Origin: Escherichia phage vB_EcoM_ESCO9
Strand: one strand, 5' to 3'
Sequence record: OM386654.1
Length of the DNA stretch: 64,000 bases
Position numbers and translations under genes: made by a program. Below the pieces are notes generated by a model. It did no database searches, was not told the DNA's origin, and saw only the letters and a program-made list of their open reading frames with translations. Shown one piece after another: positions 26,598-36,510 of the stretch (its first letter is position 1; every line of letters begins with the position of its first letter).

Positions 26598-27074
26598 ATG
26601 TCTAAACGTTTTGGTCGTAATCAAAAAAGAAAGTTAAGTGCTCAACTAGCAGCTTTGCAAAAAGAGGTTAACACTTTACAAAAAAGTGTTTGTGAACTTA
26701 AGGAACAAAACCAACTTGAAAAAGAGTGTATCCAGCTTACACAGGAAGTTATTGGTGAGTATTTTCCTTCACTAGTTCCTAAGAAGGTGGCTCTTAGGGA
26801 AAATCTACCTTTTACCTTGTCCTTAATGCAAGCAAATGATAGATTCCAAACTGAAACTGATGATTTGATGTTTGCAATGCATCAATTACATGGTTTAGAA
26901 TATACAGCACAAGTGGATAAACTTCGTAACATGTTATATGTGCGGGTAGAAACACCTAAAGGTGAGACAGTAGCTTTTAATTATAATTTCCAACAGCTAC
27001 CTGATCATATTATTGAACAAATTTTAAAACGAGATTTTGTTCCTATGCTTGTTAAACAAATTAAGAGAGGTTGA
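26598..27074 (+). CDS. hypothetical protein (coiled-coil N-terminus)
   Basis: 158 aa. Confidence 0.6.
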   Translation: MSKRFGRNQKRKLSAQLAALQKEVNTLQKSVCELKEQNQLEKECIQLTQEVIGEYFPSLVPKKVALRENLPFTLSLMQANDRFQTETDDLMFAMHQLHGLEYTAQVDKLRNMLYVRVETPKGETVAFNYNFQQLPDHIIEQILKRDFVPMLVKQIKRG

Positions 27075-27075
27075 A

Positions 27076-28812
27076 ATGGCTAAGAAAGAGTTGAGCTTCA
27101 CTCCGACAGAAGAGCAAACAGCTATTAAGGAGGCTTTTCCAGATCATCGCTTTTTAACTATCCAAGCTAAATCTGGATCAGGTAAAACGTCAACACTTTA
27201 TTTGCTGGCTAACAGTACAGAAGATCGCATTCTTTACTTAGCTTTCAATAAAAGCATGGCAGAAGAAGCACGGCGTAAGATGCCACCAAATGTAGAATGC
27301 CGTACATTGCATTCCATTTGCTATCAATTCCTGGATCATCGCTTACGTGCAAAACTGTCACGACCAGAAGGACAATATGTTAACGTTGCAGGTACAGGTA
27401 GCGAGATAGCAAAGAAATTTAAGATTAATAATCTTATTGATAAACGAGGGAAAACACTTTTAACTCGTGCTATGATTGGTTTAATGATCAAGCAAACAGT
27501 AGGTAAGTTTGAATTTTCGGATGATCCTTTTATCAGCCGTAAACATTTTCCTAGTGTACATCTTGCAGATATTAAAAGAAAAGGTATTAACGAACACAAA
27601 CTAATTACAGAAGTAGTTAAGTATGCAAAACAATTGTGGCGAGAGCGCATTGATCCTAATACAGATACTTTGATGACGCATGACACCTATGTAAAATTGT
27701 TTGAATTATCAGGTGCTGATCTTGGTTATGACATTATTTTTGGGGATGAATTCCAGGATGTTAACCCTGCATTCTTGTCTATTCTGCGAAATGCTAAATC
27801 TGCAAAACAAGTAGTAGTGGTCGGGGACGAATATCAGAGCATCTACCAGTTCCGTGGAAGCCAAAATATGATGAAGGAAACCTCTACATATGGGGCAGAG
27901 CTTCCATTAACTGCTTGCTTCCGTTTTGGCCCCAAAGTGGCAAACATTGCCAATATGATTTTAAGCGATAAAGAACCTTTGCGTCATCCTTTGGTTGGTA
28001 AAGGCTTTGATACTGTAGTAGGTAGCTACAAATCAGATGTTGTAGACTATACAAAACCTTACACTATCATCTTTCGCAAGAATTTAACCTTGCTTATGGA
28101 GGCAATGGATCGTATTGCAGATGGGGAAGAAATTATTATTAACGTAGATACCAGGGATTTTATCTCTATGGTAGATAGTGTTAATGCTCTTCGGAGAGGA
28201 GATATTGAGAAAGTAAAACATGAAACTGTATTACCTTACGCAGACTGGAATGAATTTGTTGAGTGTGCAGAGGCTGATCCAGATGCTAAACGCTTGTTAA
28301 ACATCGTAGTTTCTGGTAAGGCGAACACTATAGCACATACACTTAGAACGCATAGAAATTCTCCTACAGCAAAAGTCACACTGACTACAGCACACAAGTC
28401 TAAAGGTTTGGAGTGGGATCAGGTTATTGTTGCTAATGATTTTCCTTCCAACTATGATAAAAAGACTGGTGAATGGGTAGGACTGGAAGAGGCAGAGCGA
28501 AACCTACTGTATGTAGCGCATACCCGTTGTGTTAAATGCTTACAATGGAACACAACCGTACAGGAGATTATAGATATCAACCGTGTTGCAACAGAGAAAG
28601 TACCAACAAGCACCACTTTACCGATCAATGGTATTAAACTTGGTGTATTTGGCGCTGGCACATCTCGAAAAACTGTAGAAAAATTTGTTGCAGATTCTTT
28701 TGATGGTAACTATAATCATGCACAAGCATATGAGAGTTGGCTAGAGGAAGGTGAAGGTGATTTCTTAGGTGAAATAAATCTTTTACCAGACATAAATAAA
28801 CTGGTAAACTAA
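27076..28812 (+). CDS. SF1 DNA helicase, UvrD/PcrA-like
   Basis: Walker A SGSGKT; IIFGDEFQD; VVVVGDEYQSIYQFRG; TAHKSKGLEWDQVIV. Confidence 0.8.
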   Translation: MAKKELSFTPTEEQTAIKEAFPDHRFLTIQAKSGSGKTSTLYLLANSTEDRILYLAFNKSMAEEARRKMPPNVECRTLHSICYQFLDHRLRAKLSRPEGQYVNVAGTGSEIAKKFKINNLIDKRGKTLLTRAMIGLMIKQTVGKFEFSDDPFISRKHFPSVHLADIKRKGINEHKLITEVVKYAKQLWRERIDPNTDTLMTHDTYVKLFELSGADLGYDIIFGDEFQDVNPAFLSILRNAKSAKQVVVVGDEYQSIYQFRGSQNMMKETSTYGAELPLTACFRFGPKVANIANMILSDKEPLRHPLVGKGFDTVVGSYKSDVVDYTKPYTIIFRKNLTLLMEAMDRIADGEEIIINVDTRDFISMVDSVNALRRGDIEKVKHETVLPYADWNEFVECAEADPDAKRLLNIVVSGKANTIAHTLRTHRNSPTAKVTLTTAHKSKGLEWDQVIVANDFPSNYDKKTGEWVGLEEAERNLLYVAHTRCVKCLQWNTTVQEIIDINRVATEKVPTSTTLPINGIKLGVFGAGTSRKTVEKFVADSFDGNYNHAQAYESWLEEGEGDFLGEINLLPDINKLVN

Positions 28813-28822
28813 GGGGGTTAAA

Positions 28823-29074
28823 GTGGCAGGGTATCATTTGAAGGAGATTAGCAAAGAGGAATATGGTTCTGTTGCTAAGATTCAAGAAGAGCTTTATGAA
28901 CTTCAAGATGCTATTGATCAAGATTGCAAGCTGATGCAACTTATTGAGTTATCAGATATTGTAGGCGCTGTTGAAGGTGTTCTTGAACAGTATTTTCCTG
29001 ATATGACGCTTCAAGATTTGATCACTATGTCAAACATTACTAAACGTGCATTCCGCAATGGAGGTCGATCATGA
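28823..29074 (+). CDS. hypothetical protein, possibly MazG-like all-alpha NTP pyrophosphatase (weak)
   Basis: 83 aa; E..EL.DAI...L.ELSDIVGA pattern; GTG start. Confidence 0.3.
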   Translation: MAGYHLKEISKEEYGSVAKIQEELYELQDAIDQDCKLMQLIELSDIVGAVEGVLEQYFPDMTLQDLITMSNITKRAFRNGGRS

Positions 29075-29643
29075 ATGTTGCAGTAATAGCTCAAGCTATT
29101 GATTACTATGGTCGATTTGCACAAATGTTAGAAGTTCCATATCTCGTGGATGCTGATATACTGGCGTACACACTACCAGAAAATAAAGAGGATCGCCCAT
29201 TAGGGCATCCTAACGGTAAATACTATGTAGCTAGTGCAGAACAATCTTTCCTGCAAATGGAGAAGGATGGTTTTGAATTTGCAGCAGGTAATCCGTATAT
29301 GGCACTAACGCCATGTTACCGTACAGAAGAAAATTTAGATGATACCCATTTTAATATTTTCTTGAAATTGGAGTTGATTGAGTTCTACCCTGGTGCTACA
29401 ATTGAAGAGTATGCTAACGCTATGCGCTGTTTCTTCTCTACTTATTATGGAGTTAAAACATATTTAGTACCCACTAATATTGGGGTTGACGTAGAGGATG
29501 AATATGGTTTAGAATTAGGTTCATTCGGTATGAGGGAGTCTCCAAACGGTCATCCTTATATCTATGCAACAGGTGTTGCGGAGCCTAGGGCTTCACTGGC
29601 AATAAACCGTGTTGTAAATAACATTCAAAGCATTAGCAAATAA
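29071..29643 (+). CDS. hypothetical protein
   Basis: 190 aa. Confidence 0.6.
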   Translation: MNVAVIAQAIDYYGRFAQMLEVPYLVDADILAYTLPENKEDRPLGHPNGKYYVASAEQSFLQMEKDGFEFAAGNPYMALTPCYRTEENLDDTHFNIFLKLELIEFYPGATIEEYANAMRCFFSTYYGVKTYLVPTNIGVDVEDEYGLELGSFGMRESPNGHPYIYATGVAEPRASLAINRVVNNIQSISK

Positions 29644-29655
29644 GAGGAGAATAGA

Positions 29656-30090
29656 ATGTCTATTGTGACACAAATGAAAGCAGATCGTATCTTAGCACGT
29701 ACAACCGACAAGGGTGCTTTTGCTTTGTTAACTAATATTATTGGTGAGTTTGACCTTGCTCGTACTCAAAAGGCAAATCTGAACAAATCAGAAGATGATA
29801 TTATGATTAACATTGTTAAGATTGGTATTGCACACGCTAAAGAGGAACTAGACTCGCTTAAGAAAGTTAATGCTTCCATTAGCAAATGTGAGCGAGCTAT
29901 GCGTGATATCACCACTCTGGAAAAATATTTACCAGAAATGCTATCTGAAGATGACCTTCGAGCGATTGCTGAAGAATTTGCCTTGACAGGCAAGAAAATG
30001 CCAGATATGATGAAACACCTTAAAGCAGAGTATCCTAATCAATATGATGGAAAACTTGCTTCTACCATTGCCAAAGAAATTTTAAACTAA
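29656..30090 (+). CDS. GatB/YqeY-domain protein
   Basis: C-terminal LEKYLPEMLSEDDLRAIAEEF...DGKLASTIAKEILN resembles YqeY. Confidence 0.65.
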   Translation: MSIVTQMKADRILARTTDKGAFALLTNIIGEFDLARTQKANLNKSEDDIMINIVKIGIAHAKEELDSLKKVNASISKCERAMRDITTLEKYLPEMLSEDDLRAIAEEFALTGKKMPDMMKHLKAEYPNQYDGKLASTIAKEILN

Positions 30091-30107
30091 TTTAGAAGGA
30101 GAACATA

Positions 30108-31058
30108 ATGATTGCATTTTACGCTAATAAACTGGAAGTTAAAAAAGCAGCAGAAGAGATGGGTATCCTGCATATTCTTAATGAAGCAATTCACAAAAGT
30201 TTTGGTTACACATCTGAAGCAGAAATCAATGATCTGATTCATAGTGTTAATGACTTGTTCTTCTATCCTAACTTCCTACAGCAATTAGATGGTTGTGGAT
30301 TTGAATATATGGAACTTCACCCTGAATACACATTTATGGAAGTAACACCTGAAGGTTTTCTGGAGATTATTCGTACTGAATATCTTGCCAACGAGGATAA
30401 AGAAATGGATATGGTTGCAAAAGTACAACTGACTGTGCATAATACGTGTTTCCTGGATACTAGTGCAACGGAAGAAGATATTAGTTATCTGCTTTCCGTT
30501 TGTAATCCGCATTGTCCACAACCACATTGGAAAGATGCAGACCATTATCTAACATATTCAACTGAAGAAAACATTACTTTCTTCGATGAAAACAGTGGTA
30601 TTAATGGTGCACATAAGAATTCTCCATATAGGAAAGATCGGTTTGTAGTTGATGTAAAAACATTTACTAAACTGTTTGAGGAGTATTATTCAAAAAATGA
30701 AAGTAAGACTGAATCTTCACCAAAACCACGTTTTCGCCGACCGCGTAAACCTGTGCCTACTCGTTCTGTAAGTTATGTTCGTATCATTTACACTACGCAG
30801 CAGGTATATACTCTTAAGAACGTAAGCACTCTTACTGTACAAGAAGATGTAATTAATATTGTGCGTAATAATGTTATTACAGAGGGTATTGAGGAAAAGA
30901 TTATGTCTGTTATCGATCCTAAACTTGTTATGGCAATCATTATTAATGAACCAAAAGGTGTAACAACATTGTTCCGAAATATTCATGGCACTTGGGAAAC
31001 TCAAGTTGACGGTTTGACTTCTGACGGTTGTACACGTATTACCAAAAACCTTGACTAA
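30108..31058 (+). CDS. hypothetical protein
   Basis: 316 aa; AAGGAG RBS. Confidence 0.6.
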   Translation: MIAFYANKLEVKKAAEEMGILHILNEAIHKSFGYTSEAEINDLIHSVNDLFFYPNFLQQLDGCGFEYMELHPEYTFMEVTPEGFLEIIRTEYLANEDKEMDMVAKVQLTVHNTCFLDTSATEEDISYLLSVCNPHCPQPHWKDADHYLTYSTEENITFFDENSGINGAHKNSPYRKDRFVVDVKTFTKLFEEYYSKNESKTESSPKPRFRRPRKPVPTRSVSYVRIIYTTQQVYTLKNVSTLTVQEDVINIVRNNVITEGIEEKIMSVIDPKLVMAIIINEPKGVTTLFRNIHGTWETQVDGLTSDGCTRITKNLD

Positions 31059-31105
31059 GATCAAGGACAATCTTACGAAAAAGATTTAAAATAAAGATCC
31101 ACCCT

Positions 31106-31134
31106 AAAGCCAGCTTAATGCTGGCTTTTATTTT
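31106..31134 (+). terminator. intrinsic terminator
   Basis: aaagccagc-ttaat-gctggcttt then tatttt. Confidence 0.6.
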
Positions 31135-31147
31135 CCACGGAGGATTA

Positions 31148-32947
31148 ATGACCCAAAAACTATATGAGGATGTAATCGGATTCCTCGAACAAACATCCGA
31201 AGAATTTACTCGTGAAAATGCAAACAAACCTGCAATGATTGTTAATACTCACCGAGATTTACTAGCAGGTATCCTAAGCAAGCACATGGCAATGACCCAT
31301 ATTTTACCTGAAGATTTAGCAGAATGGCATAAAAGTGGGTATGGTCACATCCACGATTTAGATTATTTACTCTCACCTTTAACTAATTGTTGCCTGGTAA
31401 ATTACCAAGATATGCTTGAGAACGGTTTCCGTATTGGTAATGCACATATTGAAAAACCAAAATCTATCGGTGTAGCGACTACTGTCCTAACTCAAATTAT
31501 TCAAGCAGTAGCTTCTAGCCAATATGGTGGACAAACTTGTGCACATGTTGATACTGGGCTTAGTCAATACGTTAAAGCAAGTTTTAATAAAATATATGCT
31601 GATGTTGGCGATTATGATATTGCTATGCGTATGGTAGATAAACAGGTCTATGATGCAATGCAAACTTTAATCTACCAGGTGAACACTCTAATGAGTGTAA
31701 ATGGTCAGTCACCTTTTATAACAATTAGTTTAGGTTTGGATACCTCTGCTTTTGGTAGAATGATCACTAAAAACTACCTAATGGTGCACAAACAAGGGTT
31801 GGGAAAAGATAGGGTAACTCCTGTGTTTCCTAAAGTTATCTTCTTCTTGGAAGATGGTGTTAACATGAAAGCTGGCGATCCAAATTATGATTTGAAGCAA
31901 CTGGCAATGGAGTGTTGTGCTGAACGCATTTATCCTGATTTTATCTCTGTACCTTTAAACAAAGAAGTTACAGGATCTTCAGATGGTCGCGTCACAAGCA
32001 TGGGTTGCCGTAGCTTCTTGTCATACTATGCAACAGAGCAAGGTGAAAAATATGATGGTCGTTTCAACTTAGGCGTAGTTTCTTTAAACTTACCTATCAT
32101 TGCAGCAGAGTCCCGTGAAAAGGGCATCTTATTTACTGAACTGTTGGAACAACATATGGAGATGGCGTATAAGGCACATATGCTACGTGTTAACCGTATT
32201 AGACATACCAAAGCATCTCAAAACCCTACATTGTTTATGGAAGGGGCTTTAGCTCGACTAGAAGCTAATGAAGAGATTGGTAAACTATTCGAAGGTGGTT
32301 ATGCCTCTATTAGTATCGGTTATGTAGGTTTAGCAGAAGCTATGGAGATTTTATACCCAGGTAACACCAATCCAAAAGCAATGGGTAAAAACATCCTTCA
32401 ATATATGAAGGATATCTGTGGCACATTTAAAGAACGTTCTGGTTTAGCTTTTAGTTTGTATGGAACACCAGCAGAATCCTTGTGCTATAAATTTGCCAAA
32501 GCATTAAATGATCGCTATCCTGGTTCTATTGATCGTGACTACTTGACAAACTCTTTCCATCAACCTGTGTGGATGCACACTACCCCGTTCCAAAAGTGGG
32601 ATTATGAGGAAGGTTTTGCACAAATCAGTAATGGTGGGAACATAGGCTATGTAGAAACACCAAACCTTAAAAATAACTTGCAAGCACTGGAAACCCTTGT
32701 AGATTATGCCTACAACAAAATTCCTTATTTTGGCGTGAACCAACCTGTAGATCAGTGTTTCAAATGTGGTTTTCATGGTGAATTTAAGGCAACAGCTAAA
32801 GGCTTCGAGTGTCCAATTTGTGGCAATCATGAGGAAGAATCTATATCTGTAATCAGAAGAGTGTCAGGATACCTGTCTGCCCCTAACTCTCGCCCTTATA
32901 ATAAAGGTAAAATGCAAGAGGTATTAGAAAGGGAGAAACATTTTTGA
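31148..32947 (+). CDS. nrdD: anaerobic ribonucleoside-triphosphate reductase (class III)
   Basis: C-terminal glycyl-radical RVSGYL motif and Zn ribbon CFKCG...CPICG; start moved to ATG 31148 after GGAGG. Confidence 0.9.
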   Translation: MTQKLYEDVIGFLEQTSEEFTRENANKPAMIVNTHRDLLAGILSKHMAMTHILPEDLAEWHKSGYGHIHDLDYLLSPLTNCCLVNYQDMLENGFRIGNAHIEKPKSIGVATTVLTQIIQAVASSQYGGQTCAHVDTGLSQYVKASFNKIYADVGDYDIAMRMVDKQVYDAMQTLIYQVNTLMSVNGQSPFITISLGLDTSAFGRMITKNYLMVHKQGLGKDRVTPVFPKVIFFLEDGVNMKAGDPNYDLKQLAMECCAERIYPDFISVPLNKEVTGSSDGRVTSMGCRSFLSYYATEQGEKYDGRFNLGVVSLNLPIIAAESREKGILFTELLEQHMEMAYKAHMLRVNRIRHTKASQNPTLFMEGALARLEANEEIGKLFEGGYASISIGYVGLAEAMEILYPGNTNPKAMGKNILQYMKDICGTFKERSGLAFSLYGTPAESLCYKFAKALNDRYPGSIDRDYLTNSFHQPVWMHTTPFQKWDYEEGFAQISNGGNIGYVETPNLKNNLQALETLVDYAYNKIPYFGVNQPVDQCFKCGFHGEFKATAKGFECPICGNHEEESISVIRRVSGYLSAPNSRPYNKGKMQEVLEREKHF

Positions 32948-33414
32948 ATTACGCCGGATATGAACCTGTTGACATGCTCAACGGTGATGGTGTAAGATGC
33001 TCTTTGTGGGTGAGCGGTTGTAGCCACGGTTGCCGTGGCTGCTTTAACCAGAAAGCCTGGTCGTATAACTACGGACAAGAGTTCACTACTGAAACATTAG
33101 ATCTTATCTTGAAAGATTTATCTCGACCTTTCATTAAAGGATTAACAGTTTTAGGTGGTGAACCTCTTGACAAAGAGAACATTGACACTGTAGAGTATGT
33201 TCTTGAGAAGGTAAGAGATTGTTTTGGAAACAAAAAAGATATTGTCTTATATACAGGATATCTTTTTGAAGAAATTCCAGAAAAAATTAAAAAACTGGTT
33301 GACATAGTGATAGATGGTAAGTATGATATGAATCAACCAACAACGAAACGTTATAGAGGCTCAGATAATCAACGAATGTGGGTTAAGAAAGACAACATTT
33401 GGGAATCTGACTAA
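32944..33414 (+). CDS. nrdG: anaerobic RNR activating protein (radical SAM)
   Basis: CSHGCRGC radical-SAM cluster motif; TTG start overlapping nrdD stop. Confidence 0.85.
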   Translation: MNYAGYEPVDMLNGDGVRCSLWVSGCSHGCRGCFNQKAWSYNYGQEFTTETLDLILKDLSRPFIKGLTVLGGEPLDKENIDTVEYVLEKVRDCFGNKKDIVLYTGYLFEEIPEKIKKLVDIVIDGKYDMNQPTTKRYRGSDNQRMWVKKDNIWESD

Positions 33415-33434
33415 ATTAAATAGAGGAGAAAACT

Positions 33435-34595
33435 ATGTTTACAGTATTCGGCAATCAAATCTTTCTGCGTCAGAAATCTGGTACAGATATTGAAGAAATT
33501 CCAGCAGGAACTTTTGGTGTAGGTGTTACTCAAAGTGGTGAGTTCTTCCTGTATCCTAAAAACGATATGGAAGTCCCTTCAGTAACATACGGTGATACTG
33601 ATGATAAATCAGAACGTATTATCAAAACGTTCCTTAGCCGCAAAGGTAAAAACACAGGTGTTCTCCTTGAAGGTACGAAAGGTAGCGGTAAAACTTTGCA
33701 AGCTAAAATGCTGTCTTCTGCTCTTCGTGAAATGGGTATTCCTACTATTTCTATCGGTAGTGCTTTTAATGGTGAAGGCTTTATCAATTTTATGTCTAAA
33801 ATCACACAACCTGTGATGATTATGATCGATGAATTTGATAAACTGTATGCTGAAAAAGATGCACAAGATGGTTTGCTTACCCTGCTGGATGGTGTTGGTG
33901 GCTACGACAAACTGTTTGTATTGACTAAAAATGATGGTTATGTATCAGAATTTTTGCGTAATCGTCCTAGCCGTATTTTCTACAGTTTTAGCTATAAGAA
34001 ACTACCTAAAGCTACTATGGATGATTATCTGGCTAAAAATCTGGAGAACAAAGCCTTCTTACCAGATTTTGAAACGCTTTATAATCTCTCCGTGGATTTG
34101 AACTTTGATATTGTTCAGTCATTAGTAGAAGAACTTAACCGTTACCCTAATGACAAATTCTCTGATGCACTTGCATTGATGGGTATCAGTATTACTGAAC
34201 ACCGCTATGCTGCAAAAGAGGTTAAACTTCTGAAAGTTAACGGTGTAGATCGTACAGGAGATGTTTCGTCAGATACCGATATTGACGGTATGACAGCACA
34301 AGGTTTGTTTAGCGGTAATCGTTATGTTGTAGCTGTAGACCATAAACTAGGTGAAGAGCATCTTCCTGAAATGGAAGGGATTGTTACCGTAGAAGATAAA
34401 GATGAAGAAGGTGATTACTACTGGGGTGTAGACCGTATCTTGCTAACGTATGATGAAAAACACATTCGTACAATGGGTGGTGACGGCTATCACTTTATGT
34501 TCACCGATGATAAAGGTAACAACATTGAAGTTGTTATTAAAAACAAAGAACGTAAAAACTACACAGAGTATGTGTTTGGTGGTCGTTCTTACTAA
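33435..34595 (+). CDS. AAA-family ATPase; paralog of 18328..19455
   Basis: GTKGSGKT, IMIDEFDK, LFVLTKN...RPSR; roughly half of aligned residues shared with the paralog. Confidence 0.7.
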   Translation: MFTVFGNQIFLRQKSGTDIEEIPAGTFGVGVTQSGEFFLYPKNDMEVPSVTYGDTDDKSERIIKTFLSRKGKNTGVLLEGTKGSGKTLQAKMLSSALREMGIPTISIGSAFNGEGFINFMSKITQPVMIMIDEFDKLYAEKDAQDGLLTLLDGVGGYDKLFVLTKNDGYVSEFLRNRPSRIFYSFSYKKLPKATMDDYLAKNLENKAFLPDFETLYNLSVDLNFDIVQSLVEELNRYPNDKFSDALALMGISITEHRYAAKEVKLLKVNGVDRTGDVSSDTDIDGMTAQGLFSGNRYVVAVDHKLGEEHLPEMEGIVTVEDKDEEGDYYWGVDRILLTYDEKHIRTMGGDGYHFMFTDDKGNNIEVVIKNKERKNYTEYVFGGRSY

Positions 34596-34603
34596 GTGAT
34601 AAA

Positions 34604-34628
34604 AGGAGGCGAAAGCCTCCTTTATTTA
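34604..34628 (+). terminator. intrinsic terminator
   Basis: aggaggc-gaaa-gcctcct then ttatttat (GNRA loop). Confidence 0.6.
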
Positions 34629-34641
34629 TATGGAGGGTATT

Positions 34642-34833
34642 ATGGATCATTATTTTGTTTTTAAAGATAAAGTTGATACCGCAGGTGGTCACGTTGCTAA
34701 AAATGATCGTGACATTAAAGAAGTATTAGGAGATCTGATTAACATTTTAGAACAAAAAGAGTTGCTTTTAGATAAGGATATTGCTAGACTTCTTGGTGTG
34801 GGGATAAGTGACATACAAAGATTACCATTCTAA
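34642..34833 (+). CDS. small hypothetical protein
   Basis: GGAGGG RBS before ATG 34642. Confidence 0.4.
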   Translation: MDHYFVFKDKVDTAGGHVAKNDRDIKEVLGDLINILEQKELLLDKDIARLLGVGISDIQRLPF

Positions 34834-34845
34834 AGGGGGAAGAAA

Positions 34846-34998
34846 ATGCTTACAGATGATGAATATAAAGCTATCCAAGAAAAACTAACGGAGCTTGAAA
34901 TTCTTGCTGTCAATATTAAAGATCAATCACATGCTGGAAAGTTACTACATCAAGAGATCAATAAAATTAAGCAGATGATATTCTTTTGGACGGAGGAT
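34846..34998 (+). CDS. small hypothetical protein (50 aa)
   Basis: ORF below track cutoff; GGGGGAAGAAA RBS. Confidence 0.3.
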
Positions 34999-35003
34999 TA
35001 AAA

Positions 35004-35660
35004 ATGACTGTTAAGCATATTTCTTTTGATGTATGGAATACTCTTATTACTGCTAATCCTTTGTATGCAGAAGAACGCAACAAGGTTATTGCCGAGTATG
35101 CCTCTTGTTCTGAGGCAGAAGCAGCTACTGTTTATAAAGAGGTAAAAACTCTCTTAGATTTAAAAGCAGAAAAAGGCATTTGTGGAACGTCTAAGGATGC
35201 TTGGGTAACACTTTCTACTCGTTTGAACATTGATCTTGACAAAGTGGATGGGTTAAAAAGAGATTGTTTGGCAATGTTTATAAAACATCCTCCAACATTG
35301 AATCCTGAACTTTGCAAGAAGTTGGAAGAGCTAAGTTCAACCTACTCTTTGAGTATTAAGAGCAATACTAATTTTGTACCAGGTAGTTTCTTAGCTGTAT
35401 ATTCTGGTTTAACAAAATTACCATTCGACTTTATGCATTTTTCTGACGAGTTTTGCTTGTGTAAACCAGATCCTAGGTTTTTTAAACTCTCTTTTGATGA
35501 AATGGTGACGTTTGATCTCGCACCAGAGGAGATTTTACACGTTGGAGATAGTTTGATTTATGATGGAAAAGCTGTTGACATAGGGATGAAGTTCTGTCAT
35601 ATTATTAATCCAGAAGACTTGTTGGCTAAACTTAAAAAAGAGGAACTTATTAATGCGTAA
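35004..35660 (+). CDS. HAD-superfamily hydrolase
   Basis: Motif I FDVWNTL, motif II SIKSNTN, motif III KPDPRFF, motif IV HVGDSLIYD. Confidence 0.75.
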   Translation: MTVKHISFDVWNTLITANPLYAEERNKVIAEYASCSEAEAATVYKEVKTLLDLKAEKGICGTSKDAWVTLSTRLNIDLDKVDGLKRDCLAMFIKHPPTLNPELCKKLEELSSTYSLSIKSNTNFVPGSFLAVYSGLTKLPFDFMHFSDEFCLCKPDPRFFKLSFDEMVTFDLAPEEILHVGDSLIYDGKAVDIGMKFCHIINPEDLLAKLKKEELINA

Positions 35661-36510
35661 TCAAATTCAACATTTTGCTAATACTTTTACTAACCTGAAG
35701 GAAGCAAAATTTAACATTGCAGATTATTCCAAACTAAAGTTTGGTAGTAACCAGGCAGCAAAAAGAATGGGGCGCATTCTGGCTGAAAGTTTCTTTTCTA
35801 AGTATGAAGAACGACTGGTAAATGAAAGTTTTGTTGTTATTCCATCTCCATATAACTATGTGAAAAATGCAGCTACAGTGTTATCTGAACATTTTGTAGA
35901 TCACCTCAACTACCTAATCTCTATCAAAGGTGGTAAACCAGTGGAGTGGGATATCGTTCATCGTAAAGTGAGCTATATCAATGATTATGGATTTCTTAGC
36001 AAAGAAGATCGTAAGGCTTTGATCGATGGTGACACTTTCTCTATCAATCGTGATTTCTGGGGTAATAAAACTCTGATTTTCATTGATGATGTTAATATTA
36101 CAGGAACGCACGAAGAAAAACTTATTGAAATTTTAGACAAAGAAGGTGTTGAAAACGATACGTTTTTCCTGTACTTTGCAAAGTATGAAGGTACAGAAGC
36201 CAACACCGAAGCTGCACTTAACTTCAACTATATCAATAACCTGGCAGCTTTTATTAAGATGATTAAGCAAGAAACTGATGCTAAATGTTTGGTTCGTCCT
36301 ATTAAGTATCTAATGAGTCAAAGCGAAGTTGATTTTAAAATTGCACTTTCACAGCTTCCTTTGTATTATGTAGAACAACTGTTCTTTGGTTGCCTTGCAG
36401 AAGGCTACAATAACATTGAAAAATATAAAGAGAACTTTGATTTTCTACGTCAATTTTTTGAAAGCAACATTATCAATAAATCTAATGTTAAAGGGGATTA
36501 TTATGTCTAA
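35653..36510 (+). CDS. phosphoribosyltransferase-like protein (type I PRTase motif)
   Basis: PRPP-binding-like TLIFIDDVNITGTHEE; overlaps HAD gene stop. Confidence 0.55.
   Translation: MRNQIQHFANTFTNLKEAKFNIADYSKLKFGSNQAAKRMGRILAESFFSKYEERLVNESFVVIPSPYNYVKNAATVLSEHFVDHLNYLISIKGGKPVEWDIVHRKVSYINDYGFLSKEDRKALIDGDTFSINRDFWGNKTLIFIDDVNITGTHEEKLIEILDKEGVENDTFFLYFAKYEGTEANTEAALNFNYINNLAAFIKMIKQETDAKCLVRPIKYLMSQSEVDFKIALSQLPLYYVEQLFFGCLAEGYNNIEKYKENFDFLRQFFESNIINKSNVKGDYYV

Noticed and set aside
31118-31147. Track start of nrdD at 31118
   Set aside because: These codons lie within the terminator hairpin of the upstream gene; ATG at 31148 has a GGAGG RBS
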